Counted from the stretch's first letter, positions 52,291-62,668 are shown. The stretch: DNA of 64,000 bases from Candidatus Omnitrophota bacterium (GCA_015233145.1 JADFYI010000002.1:44495-108494); one strand, 5' to 3'. Numbers and translations are program-made. Notes: generated by a model not told the origin, from the letters alone.

Positions 52291-53730
52291 TCAAAGCATG
52301 GCAATTGCTGTTAAAACAAGGGTTACCGCATAGGGAAACGACATCCAGAACATGCGGCCATACGATAAATTAATCCGCCGGGCAATGGTGCTTGTTAAAA
52401 GGAAAAGAAATGCGGCCTGGCCGTTGGGCGTGATAATGGAAAATATATTTGTTCCTGCGTTAATCACAATCGCCAGGCAGTCAAACTGAAGTTTATCAAT
52501 AAGCCCTGACCCCAGGGCATGATGGGCCTGGTGGATATAAACATTCGCGACAAACACATTATCACTGACGGATGACAGAACCCCGCTGGCCAGGAAAAAA
52601 GCATAGAGCTGTCCCCTGCTTTGAAACTGCAAAACCGCCTGGGTCAAAGGCGCAAAAAGGCCTAAATTCTCAATCATGGCCACAATCACAAAAAATACAG
52701 CCAAAAGCGCGGTAAAAGGCAGGGACTCTTCAAAAGCCTTGCCCAGTTGATGTTCCTGGGTCTGGCCTGTTAAAATGGGCAGGCCTATGAGAAGCCCCAG
52801 GCCCACAATGCCCACAGGCGCAATCTGGAATGCCAACGCAAGAACAAGGCAGGCAAATGCCCCAGCCATAATAATCAATCTCAATTTATCAAGTGACGTT
52901 TCATTTAAAAACGCATCTTGGGAATTTTTTTCTAAGAAAACAGCCACCCGATCCGGCAACTGATAGCCAAAACCAAATGCCTTCATACGAAAATGCTCAA
53001 GACAAAAACATGTGAGCACCCCGGCAATCTGGACAGGAATAGAAAAGTGCGCCATTTTGACAAAAAATTCCTGAAACCCCCAGCCCGCATAATGCGCAAT
53101 CAAAAGGTTCTGGGGCTCGCCAATCATGGTAGCCACCCCTCCGATGGTTGTGCCTATGGCCGCATGCATGAGAAGATTTCTTAGAAAACCGTTAAATTCT
53201 TCGCTGTCCTGGGGAAGCTCGCTTTTCACATTAAGGAAAATCTCCTTAACTGAAAGACAAACAGACATGATAACCGCCATCACGGTCAAGGCATCCAGCC
53301 AGGCTGATAAAAATGCGCCCATGACCAGAAATACCAGGCTTAAAGCCACTTTACTTTTGACACAAGAAAATATCCTCATAAAGATCCAGATCAACAGCGG
53401 CTTCATGAAGAATATCGACGGGACAAGAAAAATGAGAAGTAAAATGACATCAATGTTGGCTGTGATTTCCTTCATCACAAGAATGGGCGGCACCATGTTA
53501 AGGACAAAAACTTCCAAGGCCACAAGGCCGCCAGGAAAAAGCGGATAGGAACTTAAAGAAAATCCGAGAATAAATAAAAATTCAATTAAAACCAGCCACC
53601 CTGTCCAAAATGGCCCAACCGTGAAATAAGCCAGGGGATTGAATAATAAAATACCGGCAATAAAAATCTTATACCAACGCGGCGCCTCGCCCATGAACAA
53701 CTGGCTGATATTATTGAAAAATTTATTCAT
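52291..53730 (-). CDS. nhaB: Na+/H+ antiporter NhaB
   Basis: Aligns by eye to E. coli NhaB from the N-terminus: PRWYKIFIAG..FNPL, YPLFPGGLVALE, SAWLDALTVMAV. The start is trimmed to ATG 53730. Confidence 0.85.
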   Translation of the reverse strand: MNKFFNNISQLFMGEAPRWYKIFIAGILLFNPLAYFTVGPFWTGWLVLIEFLFILGFSLSSYPLFPGGLVALEVFVLNMVPPILVMKEITANIDVILLLIFLVPSIFFMKPLLIWIFMRIFSCVKSKVALSLVFLVMGAFLSAWLDALTVMAVIMSVCLSVKEIFLNVKSELPQDSEEFNGFLRNLLMHAAIGTTIGGVATMIGEPQNLLIAHYAGWGFQEFFVKMAHFSIPVQIAGVLTCFCLEHFRMKAFGFGYQLPDRVAVFLEKNSQDAFLNETSLDKLRLIIMAGAFACLVLALAFQIAPVGIVGLGLLIGLPILTGQTQEHQLGKAFEESLPFTALLAVFFVIVAMIENLGLFAPLTQAVLQFQSRGQLYAFFLASGVLSSVSDNVFVANVYIHQAHHALGSGLIDKLQFDCLAIVINAGTNIFSIITPNGQAAFLFLLTSTIARRINLSYGRMFWMSFPYAVTLVLTAIAML

Positions 53731-53932
53731 AACTTTACTCTTCAATTTTGTCCTGAAGAAAACGGCAGAGCCGAAAGAATGTTTCGATGCGAATCGTGAA
53801 GGCATTGCAACCCAATTATCTTATTAGAAAAATGCCGTAACGTTGAGCAGCGAAACATTCTGCAGGATCTGCCAGTACGCGTAATCTGTTATCGGGCTCG
53901 ATGAATCGAGCCCCTACGCCTAAAATCTAAAT

Positions 53933-54346
53933 TTATTGAACATGCGTTGCAGCGATGTCGAGCTTGGCAACACCCATTTCGGTCAAGAGGTCAAGGATAT
54001 CCACAATATCCTTAAAGCGGGTTAACTGATCAGCCCTGAGATAAACGCTAAGCTCTTCGTTCTCCCGGTGCATGGCCACAATTTTTTCCCGAAGCTCTTT
54101 ATGCGTCATAAGCTTGTCATCCAGATACACCATACCTTCGGTCGTAATCGTAATCACGGCCTGCTTGGTTTGGCCAACATCACGGGGTTCGGCAGTCTTG
54201 GCCTTGGGAAGTTTGACCTTTATGTTGGATTGATAGATCAAGGGGGTGGCCACCATAAAAATAACCAGCAGCACCAAAATAACGTCGGTAAACGGCGTTA
54301 TATTGATGTCAGCAAAGAAACGCTGCTTACGGGAATGCCTCTTCAT
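53933..54346 (-). CDS. exbD: ExbD/TolR-family biopolymer transport protein
   Basis: ADINITPFTDVILVLLVIFMV is the signature TM segment. 137 aa. A TolR assignment cannot be excluded, and no tonB/tolA is adjacent. Confidence 0.82.
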   Translation of the reverse strand: MKRHSRKQRFFADINITPFTDVILVLLVIFMVATPLIYQSNIKVKLPKAKTAEPRDVGQTKQAVITITTEGMVYLDDKLMTHKELREKIVAMHRENEELSVYLRADQLTRFKDIVDILDLLTEMGVAKLDIAATHVQ

Positions 54347-54957
54347 GACTTCACCGTCAAAAGATCTAAGGTTTCTGAGGCAGAGATTTCCATGTCTTTA
54401 ATCACGTCCTCAATCTTTTTAATAAAATAATTATAAGCAATAACCGCAGGAACAGCAACGCACAAGCCCACCGCTGTACAAATCAGGGCTTCGGCAATGC
54501 CGTTAATAACAACCCCGACACCTCCCGTGCCTTTTTCAGCAATATCCTGAAACGCCTTAATGATACCCAAAACCGTACCAAAAAGGCCAATATAAACCGC
54601 GGTGCTTCCAATAGTGCCCACAATACTGATTCGGCGTTCGAGGCGCATGGTTTCAATGGTAATCTGGCGGTCCATGGTGCTTTCAATCATGGCAGGAGCC
54701 TGTCCCCTTTTCATAAATCCCGTTAAAATAACCCTGGCACAGGAATTATCAATCTTTCTACAAAAATCCAAAACCTTCTGGGCATTGCCTTTCTTGAATT
54801 CATCATTCACATAGGCCATAAGCTTGTCACGCGATACTTTGCGGCTGGTGTAATAAAAAAGAGACCTTTCAAAAATAACAGCCAGAGACACGATCGACAG
54901 CATCAAAAGCACATAAACAGTTACCCCGCCGACAGCCAGTAATTGCCAAAACGACAT
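54343..54957 (-). CDS. exbB: ExbB/TolQ/MotA-family proton channel
   Basis: Three TM helices and the motif GLFGTVLGIIKAF...GIAEALICTAVGL. 4-nt overlap with the exbD-like gene. Confidence 0.82.
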   Translation of the reverse strand: MSFWQLLAVGGVTVYVLLMLSIVSLAVIFERSLFYYTSRKVSRDKLMAYVNDEFKKGNAQKVLDFCRKIDNSCARVILTGFMKRGQAPAMIESTMDRQITIETMRLERRISIVGTIGSTAVYIGLFGTVLGIIKAFQDIAEKGTGGVGVVINGIAEALICTAVGLCVAVPAVIAYNYFIKKIEDVIKDMEISASETLDLLTVKS

Positions 54958-54987
54958 AATATTTCTCCTGTTAATTTCTCATTTTTT

Positions 54988-55124
54988 TATCGAGCCGTCG
55001 GGGACATGTCACCAAGCGAGTTCCGCAGTGAGCCGCTTCATAGAAAATTCAAAAACTACGATTCTAAACTTGGCGGCGAAACGAGGACTGTCCGAGCGAC
55101 TCACATGCCCCCGATGGCTCGATA
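54988..55124. repeat. palindromic terminal-inverted-repeat element, long copy (137 nt)
   Basis: Termini are tatcgagccgtcggggacatgtca and its inverted partner tcacatgcccccgatggctcgata (about 24 nt, 3 mismatches). The interior holds 55 extra nt relative to 28602..28680. Opposite orientation to the short copy. Confidence 0.85.
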
Positions 55125-55197
55125 ATTAGCAAAAATTTCTTAAGAAACGCTCTTCTCCTATATTACAGATGAGTATTTTCCCGTCAATGAGAATCAG

Positions 55198-55237
55198 CAA
55201 AAATATAAACCCCCTGACAACTTTCGCTGTCAGGGGG
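55198..55237 (-). terminator. rho-independent terminator of hppA
   Basis: Perfect 10-bp stem ccccctgaca (55210..55219) / tgtcaggggg (55228..55237), followed on the minus strand by TTTATATTTTTGC. Confidence 0.75.
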
Positions 55238-55265
55238 CATTTTCGATACAAGACTTTTTTATGTC

Positions 55266-57677
55266 TTACGCCTTCTTCTCCACGGCTTCCCCTATAATCT
55301 GCATGCTTGTAAAAGACTTGATAACAAAAAAGACAGAGACGGAGAAGAAAATGACCGTCAACATGAAATTCACCTGACGGCTTAACTGAAGCGCGATTTC
55401 AATTGCCAAAAGGCCAAACAGTGTGGTGAACTTGATGACCGGGTTTAAAGCAACAGAAGAAGTGTCCTTGAAAGGATCGCCAACCGTATCGCCCACAACA
55501 GAAGCCTCATGAAGCGGCGTGCCTTTTTCACGTAAATTAACCTCAACAACCTTCTTGGCATTATCCCAGGCGCCGCCGGCATTGGCCATAAAAATGGCCT
55601 GATACAAGCCGAAAATGGCAATGGAAATCAAATAGCCAATGAAGAAGTACGGATTAAAACAGGCAAACGCCAGTGTCGCAAAAAGGATGGCCATAAACAG
55701 GTTGATCATCCCCTTTTGGGCAAACATGGTGCAGATAGCCACAACTTTCTGGCTGTCTTCGGTGGAAGCCTTATCAGAGCCTTCAAGTTTAATGTTCTTC
55801 TTGATAAACTCAACCGTATGATACGCGCCAGCCACAACCGCAAGCGTGGAGGCCCCTGTAAACCAATAAATCATGGCCCCGCCCGCAATCATGCCCAACA
55901 GAAACGGCGGATAAAGGATGGACAACAGGTGCTGATTCACCGTTAACCCCTGCGTCAAAATAACAATGATCGAAAAGATCATTGTGGTGGCACCTACGAC
56001 GGCGGTGCCGATCAAGACCGGTTTGGAAGTGGCCTTAAAGGTGTTTCCCGCGCCGTCATTGGATTCGAGAAAATGCTTTGCCTTTTCAAAGTCAGGAGTA
56101 AAGCCAAAGTCTTTGTTAATTTCTTCTTTGGAAACCTTCTCAATAAGTGACAACTCATAAATTGACTGGGCGTTATCTGCAACAGGCCCGTAAGAGTCAA
56201 CCGCGATTGTCACCGGCCCCATCCCCAGGAAACCGAAAGCCACCAAACCAAACGCGAAAATGGCCGGTGCCAGCATCAAATGTTCCAGCCCCAACCCACT
56301 GACTTTATAAGCAATGCCCATAAGGCCCATGATGGTGAGCCCCATCCAATAAGCGCTGTAATTACCTGTCACAAAACCAGCGAGGATATTCAAAGAAGCC
56401 CCGCCCTTTTTCGATGATTCAACAATATTCTTTACAAAGGCGGATTCCGGGGATGTGAACACTTTCACAAGTTCAGGAATAAGCGCGCCGGCAATGGTTC
56501 CGCAGGAAATGATCGAAGCCAGCTTCCACCACATCGAACCGTCCCCCATGGTTGGGATAAGGAAATAGGACGCTGCGAATGTAAAGGCAATGGAAACAAA
56601 CGACGTAATCCAAACAAGCGATGTCAACGGGTCTTCGAAATTCATTTCTTTGACTTCTGAATAGCGAGATTTGGCCAGAATACCATTAACCCAATACGAT
56701 AACGCGCTCGCAATGATCATAAGCAAGCGCATCACAAAAATCCAGACCAGAAGCTGGACCTGGACAATCGGATCCTTGACAGCTAACAAAATAAAGGAAA
56801 TCAAGGCAACGCCGGTAACGCCGTAAGTCTCAAAACCATCAGCCGTTGGCCCCACAGAATCGCCTGCATTATCCCCTGTGCAGTCTGCAATAACCCCAGG
56901 ATTGCGGGCGTCATCTTCCTTGATATTAAAGACAATCTTCATAAGGTCAGAGCCGATATCCGCGATCTTGGTAAAAATACCTCCCGCGATACGAAGAACC
57001 GACGCACCCAATGATTCGCCGATAGCAAACCCGATAAAACACGGGCCGGCATAGGAGGGATCAATAAAAAGAAGGATGCAGAGCATGACCAAAAGCTCAG
57101 TAGAAATAAGAAGCATACCGATGGACATCCCTGCCTGAGCTGGGATGGAATACACAGGATACGGAGATCCCTTTAACGCGGCAAAGGCTGAGCGGGAATT
57201 GGCCATGGTATTAATTCTCATGCCAAACCAGGCCACACCATAGCTGCCAGCGATACCAATCAAAGAACAAATCAGAATCATAACAACTTTGGCCGGTGCC
57301 AAATGACGCAGCCCGCCAAAATAAGCCACCATGGCAACCGCAATAATCGCTTCAAGAATAAGAAGGAATTTGCCCTGGGTCACAAGATATGTCTTACAAG
57401 TCGCGTAAATAAGCTCAGAAATGTCCTTCATGGCCTTATGTACCGGCATATTCATAATATCCCTGAACTGGACAATGCCGAACACGAATCCAAACACGCA
57501 AATAATCATCCCATAAAGGAGAAGCGAGTGGCCGTTAATGCCAAGAAACGACACTGAGGAGAGATTCGGAACAATCAAATCCGATTCTCCGGCCCAGGCC
57601 GCAACCACTCCTGCCAACAAAAGGAAAAACGGCGTAAGCAGTACTGGTTTAAACAAACTTCTTAAATAACGACCCAT
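55266..57677 (-). CDS. hppA: membrane-integral pyrophosphate-energised cation pump
   Basis: 803 aa, about 16 TM helices. Motifs GDNAGD, GGAWDNAKK and DTVGDPFKDT. GNTFKATSK carries Lys at the A/K position that distinguishes K+-independent from K+-dependent enzymes (established rule), so the K+-independent H+ type is inferred. The sequence is otherwise rather divergent. Confidence 0.92.
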   Translation of the reverse strand: MGRYLRSLFKPVLLTPFFLLLAGVVAAWAGESDLIVPNLSSVSFLGINGHSLLLYGMIICVFGFVFGIVQFRDIMNMPVHKAMKDISELIYATCKTYLVTQGKFLLILEAIIAVAMVAYFGGLRHLAPAKVVMILICSLIGIAGSYGVAWFGMRINTMANSRSAFAALKGSPYPVYSIPAQAGMSIGMLLISTELLVMLCILLFIDPSYAGPCFIGFAIGESLGASVLRIAGGIFTKIADIGSDLMKIVFNIKEDDARNPGVIADCTGDNAGDSVGPTADGFETYGVTGVALISFILLAVKDPIVQVQLLVWIFVMRLLMIIASALSYWVNGILAKSRYSEVKEMNFEDPLTSLVWITSFVSIAFTFAASYFLIPTMGDGSMWWKLASIISCGTIAGALIPELVKVFTSPESAFVKNIVESSKKGGASLNILAGFVTGNYSAYWMGLTIMGLMGIAYKVSGLGLEHLMLAPAIFAFGLVAFGFLGMGPVTIAVDSYGPVADNAQSIYELSLIEKVSKEEINKDFGFTPDFEKAKHFLESNDGAGNTFKATSKPVLIGTAVVGATTMIFSIIVILTQGLTVNQHLLSILYPPFLLGMIAGGAMIYWFTGASTLAVVAGAYHTVEFIKKNIKLEGSDKASTEDSQKVVAICTMFAQKGMINLFMAILFATLAFACFNPYFFIGYLISIAIFGLYQAIFMANAGGAWDNAKKVVEVNLREKGTPLHEASVVGDTVGDPFKDTSSVALNPVIKFTTLFGLLAIEIALQLSRQVNFMLTVIFFSVSVFFVIKSFTSMQIIGEAVEKKA

Positions 57678-57830
57678 AGAAACCCTCCTTGTTATAAAAG
57701 TAAAGAAACCTGCTATTGAATATGAATCGTCAGAATATAGCTCTAATTTCAGACTTCGTCTATAAAATTAAAAGAAATCTTCTATTCATTAAACTTGACT
57801 TTACCTCACAGTTTGTTACCTTAGTTAATC

Positions 57831-59810
57831 ATGGACAAGCCTACTTCTCTTATAAAAAAAGCCAAAGATGTCGTTATCGGGCAGGCACGCAACCTTTATG
57901 ACGTTAACATCTTTCACAGCCTTTCCTTAATTGCTTTCTTTGCCTGGGTGGGCCTTGGCGCTGACGGGTTATCATCCTCCTGTTACGGCCCGGCAGAAGC
58001 CTATATCACACTCAAAAGCCATACGCCTCTGGCCTTGATTGTAGGATTAGCCACTGTTGTCACCATTTTTATCATCAGCACCAGCTATTCACAGATTATC
58101 GAACTCTTTCCCAGCGGCGGCGGCGGATATCTTGTGGCCAGCAAGCTTCTTTCTCCTGGCGCCGGCATGGTCGCGGGATGCGCGCTTCTCATTGATTACA
58201 TCTTAACGATCACGGTTTCTGTGGCAAGCGGCAGTGACGCGATCTTCAGCCTCCTGCCCCTGGAATGGCAGGGCATGAAGATGTCTTTTGCCATTTTTAT
58301 CCTTATTCTTTTAACCATCATGAATCTGCGAGGGGTTAAGGACTCCATCGTTCCTTTGGTCCCTATTTTTATTCTTTTCCTTGTGACCCATGCCTTTATT
58401 ATTATTTATGGCCTTACTGTCCATATCACCGACTTCCCCGCTGTAGCGGCAAGCTTTAAAGCCGACTCCGCAGCCACTATTAACCAGTTGGGGTTTATGG
58501 GCGCGCTGCTTCTTATTTTGAAATCCTACAGTATGGGTGCTGGTACCTATACAGGTATTGAGGCTGTCAGCAATGGTGTTTCGATTTTACGCGAACCCCG
58601 CGTCAAAACAGCCAAAGCCACCATGCGTTATATGTCTGTTTCTTTGGCTGTTGTTGTCATGGGGCTTATGCTCACCTATCTTCTCTTTAATGTCCACCCT
58701 GTGGAAGGCAAAACCCTTAATGCTGTTCTTTTGGAACGGGCAACTTTCGGCTGGCCAGCTTCAACAGTCAGTATTTTTATTTTTGCCACTCTTTTTGCAG
58801 AAGCCGCGTTACTTTTTGTGGCTGCGCAGACAGGATTTTTAGGCGGCCCTAAAGTGTTGGCCAACATGGCCCACGACCGCTGGTTCCCTTCCCGTTTTTC
58901 AGCCATGAGCGACCGGCTGGTCACGCAAAACGGCATTCTGATCATGGGCATGGGGGCACTCGCCATTATGCTTCTTTCCGGAGGTTCTGTTCAGCTTCTG
59001 GTCGTCCTTTACAGTATCAATGTGTTTATCACCTTTGTCCTTTCTCAACTCGGCATGGTTCGTCACTGGTGGAATGAACGCCGCAAACGCCACTCCTGGA
59101 AAAGAAAAATATTTGTGAACGGCACGGGCCTCATCCTCTGTTTATTTATCCTGATCTCCATGGTCGTTATCAAATTTAATGACGGCGGCTGGGTCACCCT
59201 CACGGTAACCGGAGCCCTCATCCTCATGTCTTTGGGAACCCGCAAGCATTACAAAAACACAGCCGTCCTTCTCAGACGCCTTAATGCCCTTGTGGTTGCG
59301 GTCGAACAGGAAATGAAGCTTCCGGCACCTTCTTTAACCCCGGCATTTGATCCCAAAGGAAAAACAGCCATTGTGTTTGTCAGCGGCTACAACGGCATGG
59401 GCTTGCACACGCTCATGAACATTGTCAGATTTTTTGGCAACACTTTCCGAAATTTTGTTTTTATTCAAGTGGGGCTCATTGACTCAGGGAATTTTAAAGG
59501 CGTTGAGGAAATCGACCGCCTGGAAACAAAATGCTCAACAGACGTGGAACGCTATGCCGCTTACATGCGCCGCCAGGGTTGTTATGCAGAAGGCCTGTGG
59601 GCTGTGGGCGTTGATGTGATTGAAGAATCTGAAAAACTCGCGCTTGAAGCAGCCAAACGCTTTCCAAGCCCGGTCTTTTTCGGCGGTCAACTTGTATTTC
59701 CCAATGATTCACTCACAAACCGCCTTTTTCATAACTACACTGTTTTTTCTTTGCAAAAGACACTTTACAAACATGGCCTGCTTTTTGTTATCTTGCCGAT
59801 CAAGGTTTAA
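57831..59810 (+). CDS. APC-superfamily permease with about 200-aa C-terminal cytoplasmic domain
   Basis: 12 hydrophobic helices. N-terminal SLIAFFAWVGLGADGLSSSCYGPAEAY is typical of this APC subgroup. Substrate unknown. Confidence 0.78.
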   Translation: MDKPTSLIKKAKDVVIGQARNLYDVNIFHSLSLIAFFAWVGLGADGLSSSCYGPAEAYITLKSHTPLALIVGLATVVTIFIISTSYSQIIELFPSGGGGYLVASKLLSPGAGMVAGCALLIDYILTITVSVASGSDAIFSLLPLEWQGMKMSFAIFILILLTIMNLRGVKDSIVPLVPIFILFLVTHAFIIIYGLTVHITDFPAVAASFKADSAATINQLGFMGALLLILKSYSMGAGTYTGIEAVSNGVSILREPRVKTAKATMRYMSVSLAVVVMGLMLTYLLFNVHPVEGKTLNAVLLERATFGWPASTVSIFIFATLFAEAALLFVAAQTGFLGGPKVLANMAHDRWFPSRFSAMSDRLVTQNGILIMGMGALAIMLLSGGSVQLLVVLYSINVFITFVLSQLGMVRHWWNERRKRHSWKRKIFVNGTGLILCLFILISMVVIKFNDGGWVTLTVTGALILMSLGTRKHYKNTAVLLRRLNALVVAVEQEMKLPAPSLTPAFDPKGKTAIVFVSGYNGMGLHTLMNIVRFFGNTFRNFVFIQVGLIDSGNFKGVEEIDRLETKCSTDVERYAAYMRRQGCYAEGLWAVGVDVIEESEKLALEAAKRFPSPVFFGGQLVFPNDSLTNRLFHNYTVFSLQKTLYKHGLLFVILPIKV

Positions 59811-59829
59811 ATCATAAGGAAAAATTCCC

Positions 59830-60957
59830 ATGATTATTGGTATCCTTAAAGAAACTTCCCCCAACGAAACACGGATCGCCCTGACGCCTAACGCTGTCAA
59901 AAGGCTCACTGCAAAAGGTATTCAGGTTTTGATTGAAAAGGGGCTGGGTAATTCCGTTAAAATTTCTGACGAAGCCTTTATTAAAGCCGGCACTGCTATT
60001 TCCCTGCGCCAGGAAATCCTTATAAAATCGGATATGCTTTTGCGTGTCAGGAAACCTTCTTTGGAAGAAGTTGCCTTAATGAAGTCTGGCACGGTGCACT
60101 TAAGTTTCCTGGATCCTTTTAACGAAAAAGACCTTATCACAGCCTTTGCATCCAAAGGCATTTCCGCGATCAGCCTTGAAATGATCCCGCGCACCACCCT
60201 TGCCCAAAAAATGGATGCTTTAAGTTCTCAGGCAAGCCTGGCTGGATATACAGCGGTCATCCTTGCGGCAGAACGCATGCAAAAAATACTCCCCATGATG
60301 ATGACGCCAGCCGGAACCATTCCGCCGGCACGTGTTTTTATCATCGGCGCTGGTGTTGCAGGCCTTCAGGCCATTGCCACAGCCAAACGCCTGGGAGCCC
60401 GCGTGGATGCCTTTGACACCCGTCCAGTGGTCAAAGAACAAGTCCAGTCTCTGGGAGCAAAATTTGTGGAGATTGACCTGGGCGAAACCGGACAAACCAA
60501 AGACGGCTACGCCAAAGCCCTTACTCCTGAACAACTCACAAAACAACGTGAAGGCATGGCCAAAGTCTCTGCTCAATCCGATATCGTGATTACCACAGCC
60601 CAGGTCTTTGGGCGTAAGGCGCCGGTCATTGTGACACGCGATATGATTTCCGGAATGAAACCCGGCAGTATTGTGGTGGACCTGGCTGTTGAAACCGGCG
60701 GAAATGTTGAAGGCGTTGAGCTGGGGAAAGAAATCGAAATCAACGGTGTTAAAATTATTGGCCTTGCCAATCTTCCAGGCAAGGCAGCGGTTGACGCCAG
60801 TGAAATGCTGGGGGCCAACTTTGTGAATTTCATTGAACACTTCTGGAATAAAGAAAAGAATTCTTTTGAACTCAAAATGGATGATGAGATCATGAAAGGC
60901 TGTCTCATTACTCACAATGGAAAAGTCGTTAACGAAAAACTCACAGCAAAAGCATAA
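59830..60957 (+). CDS. pntAA: NAD(P) transhydrogenase alpha subunit, part 1 (dI)
   Basis: MIIGILKETSPNETRIALTP, Rossmann motif IIGAGVAGLQAI, alanine-dehydrogenase-like fold. Confidence 0.92.
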   Translation: MIIGILKETSPNETRIALTPNAVKRLTAKGIQVLIEKGLGNSVKISDEAFIKAGTAISLRQEILIKSDMLLRVRKPSLEEVALMKSGTVHLSFLDPFNEKDLITAFASKGISAISLEMIPRTTLAQKMDALSSQASLAGYTAVILAAERMQKILPMMMTPAGTIPPARVFIIGAGVAGLQAIATAKRLGARVDAFDTRPVVKEQVQSLGAKFVEIDLGETGQTKDGYAKALTPEQLTKQREGMAKVSAQSDIVITTAQVFGRKAPVIVTRDMISGMKPGSIVVDLAVETGGNVEGVELGKEIEINGVKIIGLANLPGKAAVDASEMLGANFVNFIEHFWNKEKNSFELKMDDEIMKGCLITHNGKVVNEKLTAKA

Positions 60958-60968
60958 GGAATAGTGTT

Positions 60969-61298
60969 ATGCCGGAACAAATTATCCCTTTTATTTACCT
61001 TCTTTATGTCCTGGTCTTGTCGGTTTTCTTGGGTTTTGCGCTTATCAACCGCGTGCCGCCTCTTTTACATACGCCGCTCATGTCAGAAGCCAACGCCATT
61101 TGCGGGATCATTATTGTAGGGGCTCTGGTTGCCGCCGGATCGCTCGACGCCCACTCACCCTTCACGATTTTCCTGGGTGTTTCTGCCGTAGCCCTGGCGA
61201 CTTTTAATTTGGTCGGCGGATACCTTGTCACAGAACGCATGCTTAAAATGTTCAAGTCCAAATCATCATCCCAGGGTGCAAAAGGAGAAAAGAAATGA
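60969..61298 (+). CDS. pntAB: NAD(P) transhydrogenase alpha subunit, part 2 (membrane)
   Basis: 109 aa, 3 TM helices, PLMSEANAICGIIIVGA motif. Lies between pntAA and pntB with a 4-nt overlap. Confidence 0.88.
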   Translation: MPEQIIPFIYLLYVLVLSVFLGFALINRVPPLLHTPLMSEANAICGIIIVGALVAAGSLDAHSPFTIFLGVSAVALATFNLVGGYLVTERMLKMFKSKSSSQGAKGEKK

Positions 61299-62668
61299 AT
61301 CATATCTCCTTCATTAATCTTGCTTATATCGTCAGCTGCGCGCTTTTTGCCTTTGGCCTGAAATTTCTGGCCTCACCTGAAACAGCACGCAAAGGCAACT
61401 GGCTCTCTGCGCTTGGCATGTTGATTGCCGTGATAGCCACGCTCACCAGCCACGAGATCATTTCTTTTCAGTGGATCCTGATCGGCATGATTATCGGCTC
61501 CATTTTAGGGGCGCTTGTGGCCTTCAGGGCTGCCATGACCCAGATGCCGGAAATGATCGCGCTTCTCCACGGGTTTGGGGCGCTCGCCAGTGTGTTTGTG
61601 GACTGGAGCGCCTATCACAGCCACAGGCCTGATACTATTGTTGTGACGACCGCCCTTTACCTTTCGATTCTGATCGGCGGCGTGACCTTTACAGGGAGCG
61701 GCATTGCCTGGGGAAAATTAAGCGAACGGCTTTCCGGAAAACCCATCCTTTTTCCAGGACAAATGTGGATTAATATTGCAGCGCTTGCTTTTGTCCTTGC
61801 GCTGGCTGTTCCCTTCTTTATGCATCCGGCGTACTATCCGGTATTCCTGGCTATTCTTGGAATTTCTTTTCTTTTGGGAATCCTGACAGTCATTCCTATC
61901 GGCGGGGCTGATATGCCGGTCGTAATTTCTGTTTTAAACAGCTACTCCGGGCTTGTGGCCTGCACCACAGGATTTGTGATTAATAACGTGCTTCTGATTG
62001 TGGTCGGTTCCCTGGTCGGCGCCAACGGTATTATTTTAAGCTATATCATGTGCAAGGCCATGAACCGTTCCCTCGGCAATGTGCTTTTCGGCGCTTTTGC
62101 CGCTTCCAAAAAGAAAAAAGCTGTTGGAGAAAAGAAAGAAGCCAAATCCGCGTCCATTGAAGACGCCTATCTTGTTTTAGAAGCTGCGCACTCTGTTGTG
62201 GTTGTGCCTGGATACGGGCTGGCTGTGGCCCAGGCCCAGCATGCCATCCGGGAACTCGGCGAGTTATTGGAGAAAAACGGCGCTGAAGTGCGTTACGCGA
62301 TCCATCCTGTGGCTGGGCGCATGCCAGGGCACATGAACGTGCTTTTGGCTGAGGCCAATGTGCCTTACGACCAGCTTGTGGAAATGGAGAACATCAACCC
62401 CATCATGGACACGGTTGATGTGTGTATTGTGATCGGCGCCAATGACACCGTGAACCCTGCCGCGCTTCACGATAAAACATCCCCTATTTACGGGATGCCC
62501 ATTGTTGAAACCTTCCGGGCGCGTACGGTTTTTGTGATCAAGCGCTCCATGGCCTCAGGCTTCGCCGGGATTGAAAACGAACTTTTCTATTATGACAATA
62601 CCCGCATGATTTTTGGGGATGCCAAGGACGTGGCGCAGAAACTCGTGGCGGAATTTAAAGCGAAGTAG
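61295..62668 (+). CDS. pntB: NAD(P) transhydrogenase beta subunit
   Basis: Membrane dII followed by dIII with VPGYGLAVAQAQH, HPVAGRMPGHMNVLLAEA and GANDTVNPAA. Confidence 0.93.
   Translation: MNHISFINLAYIVSCALFAFGLKFLASPETARKGNWLSALGMLIAVIATLTSHEIISFQWILIGMIIGSILGALVAFRAAMTQMPEMIALLHGFGALASVFVDWSAYHSHRPDTIVVTTALYLSILIGGVTFTGSGIAWGKLSERLSGKPILFPGQMWINIAALAFVLALAVPFFMHPAYYPVFLAILGISFLLGILTVIPIGGADMPVVISVLNSYSGLVACTTGFVINNVLLIVVGSLVGANGIILSYIMCKAMNRSLGNVLFGAFAASKKKKAVGEKKEAKSASIEDAYLVLEAAHSVVVVPGYGLAVAQAQHAIRELGELLEKNGAEVRYAIHPVAGRMPGHMNVLLAEANVPYDQLVEMENINPIMDTVDVCIVIGANDTVNPAALHDKTSPIYGMPIVETFRARTVFVIKRSMASGFAGIENELFYYDNTRMIFGDAKDVAQKLVAEFKAK

Noticed and set aside
53885-53915. Hairpin tatcgggctcgat-ga-atcgagcccc between the exbD-like gene and nhaB, sharing the 8-mers ggctcgat/atcgagcc with the termini of the TIR element 1.1 kb away. 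Also considered as a tRNA-like T-arm or terminator.
   Set aside because: Only an 8-9 nt palindromic match supports a relationship, and about 2 such matches are expected by chance in 64 kb on both strands. The flanks are dissimilar, there is no T-loop consensus, and no U-tract follows on the minus strand. It may be a solo stem of the same family, but the evidence is insufficient.
54943-55125. 60-aa ORF spanning the long TIR element
   Set aside because: Its frame is not preserved in the homologous short copy at 28602..28680 because indels break it. It also starts inside the exbB-like 5' end on the opposite strand. The repeat explains the sequence better than coding does.
55121-55139. Fur-box-like sequence gataattagcaaaaatttc upstream of the exbB-like gene
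   Set aside because: Only 12 of 19 positions match the GATAATGATAATCATTATC consensus, and half of those come from the first hexamer, which is part of the TIR-element end.
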